Shown piece by piece: positions 49,017 to 62,500 of a DNA stretch of 64,000 nt. Numbering within the stretch: position 1 is the stretch's first letter; each line of letters starts with the position of its first letter. The notes beneath the pieces are model-generated. The model saw only the letters and a list, made by a program, of their open reading frames with translations, was not told where the DNA came from and did no database searches. The DNA is taken from contig NC_068988.1 of the NCBI RefSeq assembly GCF_001194135.2, forward strand, positions 14,932,107 to 14,996,106, given 5' to 3'. The translations under genes were made by a program, and so were the position numbers. Origin of the DNA: Octopus bimaculoides (taxonomy: Eukaryota).

Positions 49017-51575
49017 GTAAGTTAAATAACCCACTATATTTATATTTTAGTGTACCTGTGCCAGTGCCACATTGAAGCACCCATACTGGCACCACATAAA
49101 AAGGATCCATTCTGGCGTCACGTAAATAGCCCCTGTGCTGGCACCGCATAGACAACACCAAGTACACTCTATAAAGTGGTTGGCATTAGAAAGTGTATCC
49201 AGCTGTAGAAACCATGCCAGAACAGACGATGGGACCTGGTGCAGCCTTCCAGCTTGACAGCTCCTGTGAACCCATCCAACCCATATCAGCATCGAAAATG
49301 GACATTGATGATGATGATGACAATGATGATTGCATCATCATTTAGCATCCTGTACTATAATAATAAAAAATGATGACATCATTGTTTTAGGGTTTTTTAT
49401 GTCCACTTCTCCATACTTGCCTTGGGTTAGATGGGATTTGTTAAGGCAGATTGTCTACGACTAAATGCTCTTCCTGTCACCAACCCTCACCTGTTTTCAA
49501 GCGAGGTAATATTTCTCCATGGCCAGACATGCTTTCACAGAAGACTTGAAGCAGAGGACACTGTTATATGGCAATGATGCTCACTTATATCTGTTGTGTG
49601 CCATCTAGACCAGGAAATACACACACACACACACATACATCATTACCGTCATCATTTAACCTCCTTTTTTCCATGCTGGCATGGGTTGGACAGGTCAACA
49701 GGCTCTGACATGCCAGAGGTCTGTGCCAAGCTCCAATGTTTACTTTGGTTTGATTCCCATGGCCAGGTGCCCTTCCTTTCCGAATGCCAACCACTTTACA
49801 GAGTGTATTGGCTGCTTTCTTTCATGGCACTAGCACTAGTGAGGTCGCCAGGTACTCACAAGACAAGACACCTCGACTGAATGGTGTGTAGTAATGAAAG
49901 ATGTGAAAGTATGATAGAGGGATGGGAGCAGGTGTCTTGCTGAAGAGAGGAATACATGGTTTCCCCAGCTGGAAAGAGAGAGTGAGAGAGAGAGAGACAA
50001 TGAGGGTATATCCTCCAGGTACAAGGTAAATATGAGAGATAGTTGAGATAGAGGGACAGAAAAAGGAGTGGGCAGGTAAGTGAAATGAGTGCAACAGATG
50101 ATTAAGGATGGGAATTGAAGTAGATGCAGTGAATATCAATTTAAGGGAGGGAGAGTATTTGAGTCATTGTTTCAAAGGTCATATCCAAGAACTCGGCTTA
50201 TCTGCTGGCAGGCGCTTGCAAACAACTTCTTTTCGGAAACTTAAAACAGAACTGCAAATTCCTGACAAAATCCTTGTGTGAAAGAAATTGGAAAGCAGAA
50301 ACTGGATGGAAGCTTGTGTGTGTGTGTGTAAGAGAGAGAGAGAGAGAAGTAGGGGAGACATACCTTGCCAATAAACCATCTACCTCTGCGTTTTTGAAGA
50401 CAAGTAGATTGAAAAATAATCTGTTAATTGAAAACAAGTAAGGGTTAGCAACAAGAACATTCCTCATATCCATGCTAGCATAGAAAAACTGATGTAAAAT
50501 GTACAAACAAATGAATATATTATCATTTTCTATTGGCATTATTCCCTTTCATATAATTGTTCTATCCACTAACTTGTGACTTATGCCAAGTAACAAACAC
50601 TCTACCTCACTCAGTTTCCATTTCCTTTATGTAAAAAATACATTAAGTTTTGAGCCTAAGATTTTCAGGTCATCGTGTTCCAAGAATTAAGAGTTTTTGT
50701 ATTTCGTTCATATCATTGTCAAATTAGTGTGAAAATTTCAGAGATCTTAACTTGTTAAATTCTTGCTTACCAACCACATGGTTCCAGGTTCAGTCCCAGC
50801 ACGTGGCAACTTGAGCAAGTGTCTTCTACCATAGCCTCAGGCCGACCAAAACCTTGTTAGTTGATTTGTTAGATGGGAAACTGAAAGAAGCCCATCGTGT
50901 ATATATGTGTGTGTTTGTTTGTTCCTCCACCATTGCTTGACAACCGATGTTAGTGTGTTTACGTCCCTGTAAGTTAGCAGTTTAGCAAAAGAGACCGATA
51001 GAATAAATACTAGGCTTACAAAGAATAAGTCTTGGGATCAATTTCTTTAAGGTAGTGCTCCAGCATGGCCACAGTGTAATGACTGAAACAAGTAACAGAA
51101 TAACAGAATTAGCTGTATAGTTTCGTTACACGAATCATTAACTTCTGGTCAAATATATCAGTAACAACTCATCATCGTTTAACGTCCGCTTTCCATGCTA
51201 GCATGGGTTGGACGATTTGACTGAGGACTGGTGAACCAGATGGCTACACCAGGCTCCAATCTGATTTGACAGAGTTTCTACAGCTGGATGCCCTTCCTAA
51301 TGCCAACCACTCCGAGAGTGTAGTGGGTGCTTTTACGTGCCACCGGCACGAAGGCCAGTCAGGCAGTACTGGCAACGGCCACACTCAAAATGGTGTATTT
51401 TATGTGCCACCTGAACGGGAGCCAGTCCAGCGGCGCTGGCAACGATCTCGCTCGAACGGTGGTGCCATTACGATTTCGCTTTCACTTGCCCCAACAGAGT
51501 TTAGAATTAGATTTATTTCTGAGGATTATTCTGTTAATGACTATTAAGATTGGTGTTGTTTTTATTATTTTTCAG

Positions 51576-51783
51576 AAGGAAAAGTAGGAAGATGAACAGC
51601 TCAACTCTCACAGCTAACTTAAACCATCCATTATCATCTCGAGAAGATTATTGCCTGAACAATTGCAAAGTTGAAGGGACTAGACTTTCAAGGGAGCAGA
51701 AAGACGAATTTATTTCAGCATTGGCTCTTGTTGAATTAGCCCAAGGATTCTTGAAGCATGACACTAATAATAACCACATGTGA
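51576..51783 (+). CDS. ZNF367: ZNF367 exon 4 (terminal)
   Basis: ttcAG acceptor, phase matches; EQKDEFISALALVELAQ resembles the conserved C-terminal ALALIELA motif; TGA at 51781-51783. Confidence 0.9.
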
Positions 51784-52327
51784 TAAACATAGTGTCTTCA
51801 GGTTTTCCAGATTAATATTTACATGCTTGTGTGCTTCGAGATCCACTGTTCCAGAATAAGAATTTAAAGTTCTCTCGAAATTTTATAAATAGTTTTTTTT
51901 TTTTTTATCCTTTTAATATTCAATTGTAAAATTGGAATAATGGGACAAAATCATTTTTGACATGAACTTTCAACATGCAAATTGCAACCACCAAGATGTT
52001 ATTTTGTTAAAAATTCTATTGTTTTTTGGGGGTTTTTTCTCACCAAGGAAAATGACTGTTTTAATATATAAAATGTTTATGAATCTTCAAGTGAAAAGCA
52101 TATCCGTCCAAAACAATGACAAAGAGTTCTTATTTTTCCTAATTATTTATCATAATAGCCACAGAACATGTCATCACCAAAAATTTACCTCTTGTAACAT
52201 TCCATATTTAAAAACAAAATTTTTATTTTATTCGTTTTTACTAAAGAAAAACTATTTATATTTGAGTTTTTAAATTTTACCTGTTTTAGTATTTGTTGTT
52301 TGTTTTTTGTCTTGACATATTTATTTC

Positions 52328-52333
52328 AATAAA
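52328..52333 (+). terminator. Candidate ZNF367 polyadenylation signal
   Basis: AATAAA at the end of a repeat-free AU-rich 545-nt stretch after the stop; U-rich sequence follows. Confidence 0.55.
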
Positions 52334-52877
52334 ATATCTAATTTTACTCAGCTCTTGGTTTTTAAATGCACTCACATGTCCTTCTACTTCAATTATTTAT
52401 TCAAAGCCACTGTAGTTAAATGGCTGAAATATATAACTACTTTCTCAAAATTTACTAGTTTAAACTTTTAGCATTCAAACTGGCCAGATCCAGCCTCTCA
52501 AACCTACCCTACAATGTCATTCTAAAATTAATCCACCACATCATCGAAATCTCAAAGTTATGTGATAATCCATGATTAATTCAAATTAATGTGAATGAAT
52601 AAACATTACATTTGACAGAGTAATCTAAATGATAAAGGATTAAACTTCCTCACAGACATTACAGCTGGTAGAATCACTGGAGCATTGGAAAATTGCTTTG
52701 CAGCATTTCTTTCAGTTCTTTACATTCTGAGCTTAACTCCCTCCAGGGTCAGCTTTACCTTTCATCATTTCGAGGGTGGTGGGGTCAATTAAATAAGAAC
52801 CAGTTGAGTACTAGGACTGATATAATCAATTTATCCCTTCCCCAAAAATTGCTGGCCTTGTGCCAAAATTAGAAACT

Positions 52878-53230
52878 ATTATTACCTTCGCTAAGCTGGA
52901 GGTATTGTTTTTAGTCATATTTGTTTGTTTGTCTGTGGACAAGATATCTCAAGAACCGCTCGATGGATTCAGACGAAACTTTCAAGGATGTTTGGCCTCA
53001 TGACTGACATGAACTGATTAGATATTGGAATCAATCCAGTACTGAACAAGGATTCTGAATTATTTTTCCTGTATTTTTACTTAATTTTTGAGAGAAGTCG
53101 AGTTCATTTTTAATATTCTCATTTGTGAGAGCAGTCAAGTTTATTTCAGATATTCTCATTTTAAAAATCGACTCTGACTAATTGTTGAGAGAACATTGGT
53201 GTTGCCTCAGCAGAGGTTTGTGCCCTTGTT
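52878..53230. mobile_element. DINE-1/HINE-like non-autonomous (Helentron-type) element
   Basis: Starts ATTACCTTCGCTAAG.TGGAGGTATTG, has (TTTG)n CTGT..CAAGATATCTCAAGAACCGCT and ends GCCTCAGCAGAGGTTTGTGC; layout recalled from this class. Confidence 0.5.
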
Positions 53231-53589
53231 ATTATTATTATTAAGGCGGACAAAAATGCTTAGTAGTATTTCTTCCAACGCTTTACATCCTGAGTTCAAA
53301 TCCCACCAAGGTCAACTTTGCCTTTCGTTCTTCTGGAGTTGATAAAATAAAGTACCAATTAAGTACTGGAGTTGATGTAATCAATTAGCCCCCACCCCAC
53401 AAAATTTCAAGCCTTCTGCTTACAAAACGAATCATTATTATTCATTATCATCATTATCATTTAATGTCTGCCTTCCATGCTGGCATGGGTTGGATGATTT
53501 GACAGGAGCTTGCCTGGTAGAAGACTACACCATAATTCTATGTCTGTTTTGCCATGGTTTTTACAGCCGGATGCCCATCCTAACACTTT

Positions 53590-53850
53590 TGGGGTTAGTA
53601 TCCCGGGCTCTTAACCACTACACCGTATGCCCACGGGCATATGGCATAGCGGTTGAGAGTGCAGGCTACTAAGCCCAAGATTCCGAGTTCGATTCCAAGC
53701 AGTGACCTGAGCAATAATAATAATAACATTGTAAAATACCTTAGGAATGAGAACCCATGGTCGAAATTTCCCCAAGACACCTGAAGAAAGCTGGAGGGTA
53801 TATTAGCCGAAACGTTGTGTTAACAACAAACAAGATGAGGACAAATATCC
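53590..53850 (+). mobile_element. Second copy of the tRNA-head/hammerhead element, with a truncated inverted head upstream
   Basis: Axis TATGCCC-AC-GGGCATA at 53626-53641; A box 53642-53652; B box 53685-53695; GACAC CTGAAGA A AGCTG..TAGCC GAAACGTT GTGTT at 53776-53821. Confidence 0.8.
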
Positions 53851-54030
53851 ACTACACTCTCAGAGTGGTTGGCATTAGGAAGGGCATGCAGCTGTAGAGA
53901 CCTTGCTAGATCAGATTGGAGACTGGCACAGCCTCCTGGCTTGCCAGTCCTCAGTCAAACCATCCAACCCATATCAGCATGGAAAGCAAATGTTAAACGA
54001 TGATGATGATGATGATGATGATATATACAA

Positions 54031-55527
54031 ACCTGGGCACCAAACTGTTAATCCATTAATCATTAATCAACAAAGTTAACATTTCATTAACGATTTAACT
54101 TTTAAATTAACTTTGGAAATCATTATTGGACTAATTAACTTCCGTTAACTCAAGTTTGCTTGAGTTAACTTCCATTAACTCAAGTTTCTGTGACAATCTT
54201 TAGGCTCAAGGATTTGAAGTCCAAGGTCTCATCTACTTCAGCCCCTTGGTTGACACACTTTTGGCAGGCATCAACAAAAGGTTTAGAACCCTCGTGGAGA
54301 TGAAGAATGCCAGCAGGCTGCTGCCTTCCACCCCAGGCTTCACCTCATTTGGTTGGACAAGTATGACAACACCAAGGTCTCCAAGGTGAGAAATTGTGCC
54401 ACCGACGGAGGAAACTGTGGCCCCTCCCAGTGTGAGGAAGGATGATTTTGTGATCTTCTTTCTTAGGGGAGGGGCTGTGAAGAAGCTAGAGAGCCTGTCC
54501 TGAACTGAAGATCCAGATTGGCCCCCGCAGGTAACTGCAGAGGTCATAATGAAGGATGATATGTTCAGAGTGATGGACTCCTTTCCTAAGGACCAATATA
54601 GGTTTGCTTTTTGGAGCCCCTACTTGGAACTGCAGGAGGCATATAGCCTGGTCAGGGAGAAAAGGTAAGAGGCCTTAGTGCCTCAATTTGTACAGACGGT
54701 TGCATCCATTCTTTGAATTGAAGTAAGATGTTCAATACATCATTTTGTTTTGTTGGGAAAAAAAGAGAACAATGTTTTCGAGAAGTAACAATTAGCAGGT
54801 GTTGTCTGCTTCTCCCACCAACCATTTTTTTCATTCCATTATCATTGTGTCTTTGTCCAGCCCTGAGCTTCTTCGTCTTTGTAAGACTGCATAGCCAATT
54901 TTATGAAATAAAGGAGAGGAAAAGCATGGAGGGTAAGGTCGAGGAGGCCATGAGGCAGCCGTCTGACAAAATGAGCAGCAGCAACAAAGAGGAGGAGGAC
55001 TTCTTTGGTGGTGTCACCCAGCCAAAAGAGAGCAGCAGGAGTCACAGGTTACTCAAGGACAGGGCCCAGAATTTGATAAAGACCTGGCTGGAGACCAACT
55101 CCAAGGACTTACTGATAGGTGTTGCCTTCTTGGGTGAACAAGTGTTGGTGGACCTGTTCATCAAGTTCAACACAGCCATCCCCTTGCAGTGGGGCGTTTG
55201 TTCTCTATGGGTAATGACATCTTAAGGGCCAAGAGATCACTCCTGTCTGATGAAAACTTTGACATACTAATTTTCATGAAGGGCAACATGCATCTCATGA
55301 ACAATATGAAGAACGAAAAGAAGAGGAAAAATTAAATTATGTATATATCGTGTTTTTCATTTTTTGTATTTTTATGTTTTTACAGCCACTTTATTAGTAA
55401 ACTTTTTTAGTTTAATACTAATATTGTTTCATTTGGCTCTAAAAGCATTTAAAAACCTAAAAAAGGCCAAAACTATGAAATCAGCCTTTTAAAAGTTAAA
55501 ACTATAAAATCAGCATTTCTTAATGCT
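54031..55527 (+). mobile_element. Degenerate hAT transposon (transposase C-terminus and dimerisation domain) with internal insertion
   Basis: LVDTLLAGINKRF..., then LFIKFNTAIP / AVGRLFSMGNDILRAKRSLLSDENFDILIFMKGN; TTAAC-rich subterminal repeats. Outer boundaries are approximate. Confidence 0.8.
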
Positions 55528-56196
55528 NNNNNNNNNNNNNNNNNNNNNNNNNNNNNNNNNNNNNNNNNNNNNNNNNNNNNNNNNNNNNNNNNNNNNNNNN
55601 NNNNNNNNNNNNNNNNNNNNNNNNNNNNNNNNNNNNNNNNNNNNNNNNNNNNNNNNNNNNNNNNNNNNNNNNNNNNNNNNNNNNNNNNNNNNNNNNNNNN
55701 NNNNNNNNNNNNNNNNNNNNNNNNNNNNNNNNNNNNNNNNNNNNNNNNNNNNNNNNNNNNNNNNNNNNNATATATATATATATATATATATATAAGTATG
55801 TATATATATTTATGTGTGTGTCTGTCTTTGTCCCCTACCAATATTTGACAACCGATGTTAGTGTGTTTATATCCCTGTAACTTAGCAGTTTTGGCAAAAG
55901 AGACCAATAGAATAAATACTAGGCTTACAAAGAATAAATCCTGGGGTTGATTTCTTCAAATAAAACCCTTTAAGGTGGTGCTCCAGCATGGCCGCAATCA
56001 AATGATTGAAACATATAAAAGAGAGTATTGATGTGGCAATAAATACTACTTCTTAGTATAGTCACTACTTTCATCTCTCATTGGGATTTTTCTAATTAGT
56101 TACTTTGCTTCTTGTAAAATTAGTGACTGATGGTCACTTATTTTCCCCTATATTGCGAGCTGGAGTGGATCCCTACTATTTCTAGCAGTCAGGTTT

Positions 56197-56245
56197 TCAT
56201 GACTGAAGATGGGCACAAGTAGCCTGAAACCGTTCGGTCTCGCGA
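56197..56245 (+). ncRNA. Type I hammerhead ribozyme motif in a Penelope-like relic
   Basis: UCAUGA CUGAAGA U GGGC-acaagua-GCCU GAAA CC-guuc-GG UC^ UCGCGA; all three stems can form, with one mismatch in stem I. Confidence 0.72.
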
Positions 56246-57731
56246 TCCTGTTGTCTGGGGGTTCGCTCCCCTGCTTGCAATATATACATGGTGCCGGTTG
56301 CACCAGTAACTAGCTGGCAGATAATCTGCCTAGGGTTAAAATGGTAGTAACGTCAAATAGCCATATTGACATGGCAATAAATATTACTGCAGCGGTGAGC
56401 TGGCAGAAACATTAGCATGCTGGACAAAATGCTTAGCGGTATTTCATCTGTCTTAACGTTCTGAGTTCAAATTCTGCCGAGGTCAACTTTGCCTTTCATC
56501 CTTTTGGGGTCGATAAATTAAGCACCAGTTGCGTACTGGGGTCGATCTAATCGACAGGCTCCCTCCCCAAAATTTTCTGGCTTTGTGCCTAGAGTAGAAA
56601 ATAATTATTTTAATTTTTCGTATAGTTGCTACTTTAATCTCTCACTGAGATTTTTCTAACTAGCTGCTTTCCTTGTTAATAGTACATTTTCTCCAAAATA
56701 AGAGAGTAAAAAAAAAATAAAAAAAGGAGAAAATAGAAAATTTAAAAAGCAAATAAATAAATGAGATCTTATTGTATTGTACTAAATGGCTGATATAAAG
56801 CAGTTGGAGGAACAGCATGGGGAGAAGGAGGAGGAGATAGATTGGGAGAAAGAGGAGGAGGTTTCCACAGAGAGAAGGTATAATTCACAGAATAATTGGC
56901 TACTGAGAAAGGTAGCTAGGTATGTATGTATGTATGTAGGTAGGGAAAGTAAGTGTAAAACATTGACCTAAGTAAGTATGAATTAATTCTGGCCAGTGGC
57001 TGAAAGTTGAATAACTTTAAAAAAAGACTGAAACATTAAAAGTATTTCTTCACCTCGAGCTTACCAGCAGACTGAAAAACACTTCAAACTTTAAACATTT
57101 TGTTACACCAGACGAAGTTAGATTAGGTAGGAGGGAGAGGAAGAGCACCAGCAAACAGCAATAAACCATTGATAATTTATTGTTTATAATTAGTAATTAA
57201 CAGATGGCAGCTGGTGGATTTCACTTGCTTTTTTTTGGGGGGTTTTTGTTTTTTAGAGGAAGAAAAATTTCATTCTTCTTTTCTTTGGTTTTGTCTTTAA
57301 TTGGATTTCCCTTAAAAGAAAAAAAGAACCCTGTTATTAATGCGTTCTCCTTATTGCTGTTAATTGGACTGAAATCATTTACAATCTTTACCAATCTGTT
57401 TAAGCTATTTAAAACTTCTCTTAGGCCAAGAATTTTTCGTTAACTTGAAGTAAAAGAGAGAGAGGGGGGAAGTGAGAGACCCCCAGGGTATTTCATTTTT
57501 GTATTTAGTGTGCAAGATTCTTAGTGTGAACCCGTGTGTGGAAACAGATTTTGTTGTATCTTTGGAGGGTCATTGTACCACTAATAAACACACACACTAG
57601 TTCTATTTTACTTCTTTTATTATTGACATTTTTTTTTTTTACAGCTCTTTATGTTCATGGTTCTAATGTTACCAAGGTTGACTTTGCCTTTCATTCTTTC
57701 AGATTTGGTATAATAAGTACTGGGGTTAATG

Positions 57732-58091
57732 TCTGTGGAGATGCAATGGCCCAGTGGTTAGGGCAGCGGACTCGCGGTTTCGATTCCCAGACTGGGCATT
57801 GTGAGTGTTTATTGAGCGAAAACACCTAAAGCTCCACGAGGCTCCGGCAGGGGATGGTGGCGAACCCTGCTGTACTCTTTCACCACAACTTTCACTCTTA
57901 CTTCCTGTTTCTGTTGTACCTGTATTCCAAAGGGCCAGCCTTGTCACACTGTGTCACGCTGAATATCCCCGAGAACTACGTTAAGGGTACACGTGTCTGT
58001 GGAGTGCTCAGCCACTTGCACGTTAATTTCACGAGCAAGCTGTTCTGTTGATCGGATCAACTGGAACCCTCGACGGAGTGCCAACAACAAC
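57732..58091 (+). mobile_element. Young tRNA-derived SINE (family D) with 10-bp target-site duplication, nested in a family B SINE
   Basis: A box TGGCCCAGTGG, B box GGTTTCGATTCC, (AAC)n tail; TSD GGGGTTAATG at 57722-57731 and 58092-58101. Confidence 0.88.
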
Positions 58092-59114
58092 GGGGTTAAT
58101 GAAGTCGACTTATTCTCCTCCCCTAAAATTACTGGCCTTATGCCAAAGTTTTAAGCCATTGTTATTGGTCAGTTGGTTAAGCATTTAACCAACTAATCAT
58201 TTGATTAATTGTTCAGTCAGTCAGTCAGTCAAGGTGGGTTTGTCAAAGCCCTTTCATCATCATTCAAGACCTCATCAATGACATGCCCTCTCTACCCCCA
58301 AGTTTGCTTCAGGTCTCAAGCAATTAATCAAACACTTAAATAGTTAAATGATTAATTGGTTAAATGGTTAAACAGTTTACAAATAAAATTACTTTCTAAA
58401 TTTGGCACAAGGCCAGAAATTTTGAGGGGAAGGTTAAGTTGATTATAATGGCCCCACTGCTCAACTGGTATTTATTTTATCAACCTCAAAAGTATGAAAG
58501 GGTAAGGCACCACAGCAGCATCTGAACTCAAAATGCAAAGAGCTGGAAGAAATGCTACTCAGCATATTTTGTTTGGCATGGTAACAATTCTGTCCATGAC
58601 CTCCACTACAAATTTCTGGCTTTGTGCCTAATTAAATTATCTTAAAAATAGTGTGTAAAACATTAGAAAAACATTTGTTTATAGCTTTTTATTGATCCAA
58701 AAATAGTATTGTATATTAGACGTGAGTGTGTGTGAGTGCCTGCGTATATTTTATATTTTATATATTATATATGTAAAGCACAATATGTCATACATGTATG
58801 TATATTGTTATAATTGTCCTTTCAGTAAATAATTAAATTGACATAATATAATGTCTATAAGTTGATGAATACCACCTATTGATNNNNNNNNNNNNNNNNN
58901 NNNNNNNNNNNNNNNNNNNNNNNNNNNNNNNNNNNNNNNNNNNNNNNNNNNNNNNNNNNNNNNNNNNNNNNNNNNNNNNNNNNAATTCTTTTCTCTACAG
59001 TAACTGGTCTGAATTTGCATATAGAAGTGGAAATATCTCAGACATATTTCAACTAAACTGAAGTTCATTTACTCTTGATCACTGCTTAGCGCTGAAGCTG
59101 TTATAGATATATAG

Positions 59115-59545
59115 ATAGATATATATATATGACTGTGTGTTAAGTTTGCTTCCCAACTATATGGTTTGAGGTTCAGTCCCATTACACAGTACTTTGGGCA
59201 AGCATCTTTAAATTTAGCCCCAGGCCAACCAGAGCATCGTTAGTGAATTTGGTAGGCAAAAACTGAAAGATTCCCATAATGTGTGTGTGTATGTGTGTGT
59301 ACCCTTGTCTTGACATTATGTGATAGTTGTAAATGATTGCTACTGTCATACAAGCAGTGTCATTAATTTCCAATATTCTGAGAAAAACTTGACTGGCCAT
59401 GGGGAAAATATTACCTTGCTTGGAAACAGATGAGGGTTAGTGACTGGAAGGGCATCCAGCTATAGAAAATCTATGTAAACAAATTTCGTTCGACCCATGC
59501 AAGGATAGAAAAGTGGATGTTAAAACGACAATGATGATTTTTGCA
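59115..59545 (+). mobile_element. SINE with family A head, a different central domain and an RTE-like tail
   Basis: tRNA/CORE-like head, then CATACAAGCAGTGTCATT..GGGGAAAATATTACCTTGCTTGGAAACAG..GGAAGGGCATCCAGC. Relatives at about 28440-28680, 33080-33320 and 46040-46330 (-). Confidence 0.7.
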
Positions 59546-62500
59546 AAATGCAGTTGGGGTCACTTACTTGATAAAAATATTTGTCATCTAGTTTGACCCT
59601 TATAAAATATAACTAACCTTTTTTATCGCCATATACATTTAGTTATCAGTATATAGAACAAAACAGATGAACAAATATTTATTCGATCCACTCATATTAT
59701 AACTCATCGTTTATCTAATTTTTCCATGATCATAAACATCCACCAACAGGTGATCAAATGTACTGATTTCAGTGAGGAGACGGGGAGCAATTGACATTCA
59801 TGTCTTTCACCAAGGACATTAACAAAATAAAATAGGTAAAATAGCCATGGTAATCAAACTTGGGTCACAGCTGTTTGCCAGGAATTAATGTTCACCTATA
59901 TAAAAGCAGGCAAGGAATTCATATGACATTCTTTGTATCTGCAATGGCTATTAACATTGTTAATGTGAAAGTAAATTCTAGAAAGTACTGCCTTTCTTTT
60001 TCAGCTACTCAGTAATTTAATACAAGCTTGTTATGTTATTTATAAGAAGAACTCCTCTTGGACAGTTTGTAAGTTTGAAAACACAAACGAAAAAGTCCTT
60101 TTTACCAGTTTCAGGAGCAAGCAATACCAATATACTGCTTCTGATTTTTTTATTTTTTTATTTTTTTTATTATTCCGCTAAAACCAAGATAGGGGTATCA
60201 GATCATTGCCACAAGTACTTACAACTTTTCTTAAGTTCTTTACTCCCCATGGGGTATAGGCTGTCAGCGACTTTTCTCCACTGTTCTTATTGCTGGGCTG
60301 TCCTGTCTGCTTTGCTCCAGTTGAATCTGTTTTTTCAGCCCTACCTCAGAATCCCTTTTTGGATTTTGTTGAAACAGTTCTTCCAGATCTTGTTGGTATT
60401 GAATTGTCATTGGTGCTTCAGTAACTTTGCTGTTTTCTATATAGGGATGTTGGTCCAGTGCAAACCCATTTTCACTTTTGGAAAGAGGTGATCCAAACTA
60501 GTCTGGCCACTATCCTTTGATGTGTCCAACATAGGAGGGCATACCAGGAGCGTGTGGCTCTGCTGGTATATCTCTCAGGGATATACCAGCTACTTACCAC
60601 ACAGCCACTCCTACGCCTATTGTAAAGACAGACGAATTGCCGTTAAGCATTTCACCTAGCACGATTACGTTTCTGCCAGTTCGCCGCATCAAAAGTTATG
60701 ACATAATGCATAATTATTTCAAAACAATGTGAAGACCTAAGCATTACATTTGACAAAATAATCTGAATGTTAAAAGGTTAAGTCAAAAACCATTATTAAA
60801 CTATTGACAAGGATTTGGTCAGCCTGAGACTATAGTATAAAAAAAAAAAACTTGCCCCAGGTATCACACAGTAGGACTGAACCCAAGACTACATGGTTGG
60901 GCAGCAAACTGCTTAACCACATAACCACCCCTGCATCTATATAAATATTGTAAGAATAATCATGGAATTCATGCAAAACAGTGAAATGGGTTGATGTGAA
61001 CATTTAATAAAGAAAATTGAAGTAACTGAGTGAATTGTATGATTATATAATGAACAAAAAAATTTGAAGAATTTCCAAATTTCCAAACATTAATTCAATA
61101 GCTTGTAAATAGCTTTCAGGTATCTGGCCAAGTTTTAGTGCCGTGTGGTTTTACTCTTCTCAGTCTTTATTGCACCTGTTACATTATGTTGAGGGGGAAA
61201 AAATATTTGCTTCAAATGTTCTTAAATGAAATGATGTTCACTTTTGTAGCATTATTGATACTGTAAATTAGGCTAATTAAAATGTCCATAAGATCAATAT
61301 ATGAAATTGAAACAACAGTAAATTAAAACAGTCACCTGTGTACTATATTTAACATATGTACACCACTGAAAGGCAGGATGATGTGGGTGGGGTTCTGAGA
61401 GAAAATCTTTCCATAAATATGTTGTATTAAAAACACATATATATCAAACAAAGTGAACATCATCCCAGCAGTGAACACCAGATGTATTTAATTTAATGTT
61501 GTTTCAATATTTCATACACAGAGTTTATTTCAGCCTGGCAAGCTCTTTGCAATATCAGTGGATATATCATGAAGTTGTATATCAGAGGAGACAAATTTCA
61601 TTAAGACATGTGACATGTCATTGACAAGGCCTAACCAGGTTGAAATACATTTTATGTTCTTGAGGGTCACTACTGGCTGATGTTTACCTCACTGCAATGT
61701 ATATTGTTCTTAACACATCTCTATGAAAGAGATTTTCTCTCACACAAAAGCCATAGCATCATGCTTTTCAAAGGTGTATACATGTTATGTATGATGAAAC
61801 ACAGTTGGCTATTTTAAAATGTTCGTGTTTAAATTTACCTCATTTATAAAAAGAAAAAACTTCTCTTTTTATTTATAAATAGTTTGAATCACGATGAAAT
61901 AAATAGAAATAACTAATGTTTAATCATCAGTATACTCTGTCATCATGCAATGCCAAGGCAAGAAGACAGTTGCACACACACAGAATAGGCTTCTTTCAGT
62001 TTGTCAACCAAATTCAGCAGAAGCTATGGCAGTAGATCCTAGCCCAAGGCTCCACAGTGTGAGTATGAACCCAAAACCATGTGGTTGAAAAGCAAATTTC
62101 TTGCCACACATTCACACCTGTACACACACACACATTTCAAATTTACAGGAAACAAAAGACGAAGACATGTGAGGGAACAAGCATGTGTATTAGTTTAACA
62201 CTTGGAAAAAATGGAAATATATATATGCACACACACACACAAAGACAGACAAATAAATATACATACATACACACACATGCGATAGGTTTCTGCAGTCTTT
62301 GTGCATCAGATCTCACTAGGGACATCAGTCGATCCAAAGCAATGCAAGAAAACACTTGCCCAAGGTAAGCTACACAATAGGATTAAACTTAGAACCACAT
62401 AGTACAGTTGTCAAATGAACTTAACTACACAGTAATACCAATTTATTACAGCTTTCATAGCATTAAACAGAAACAAGATGGTATCAAGAGATGTCTTATC

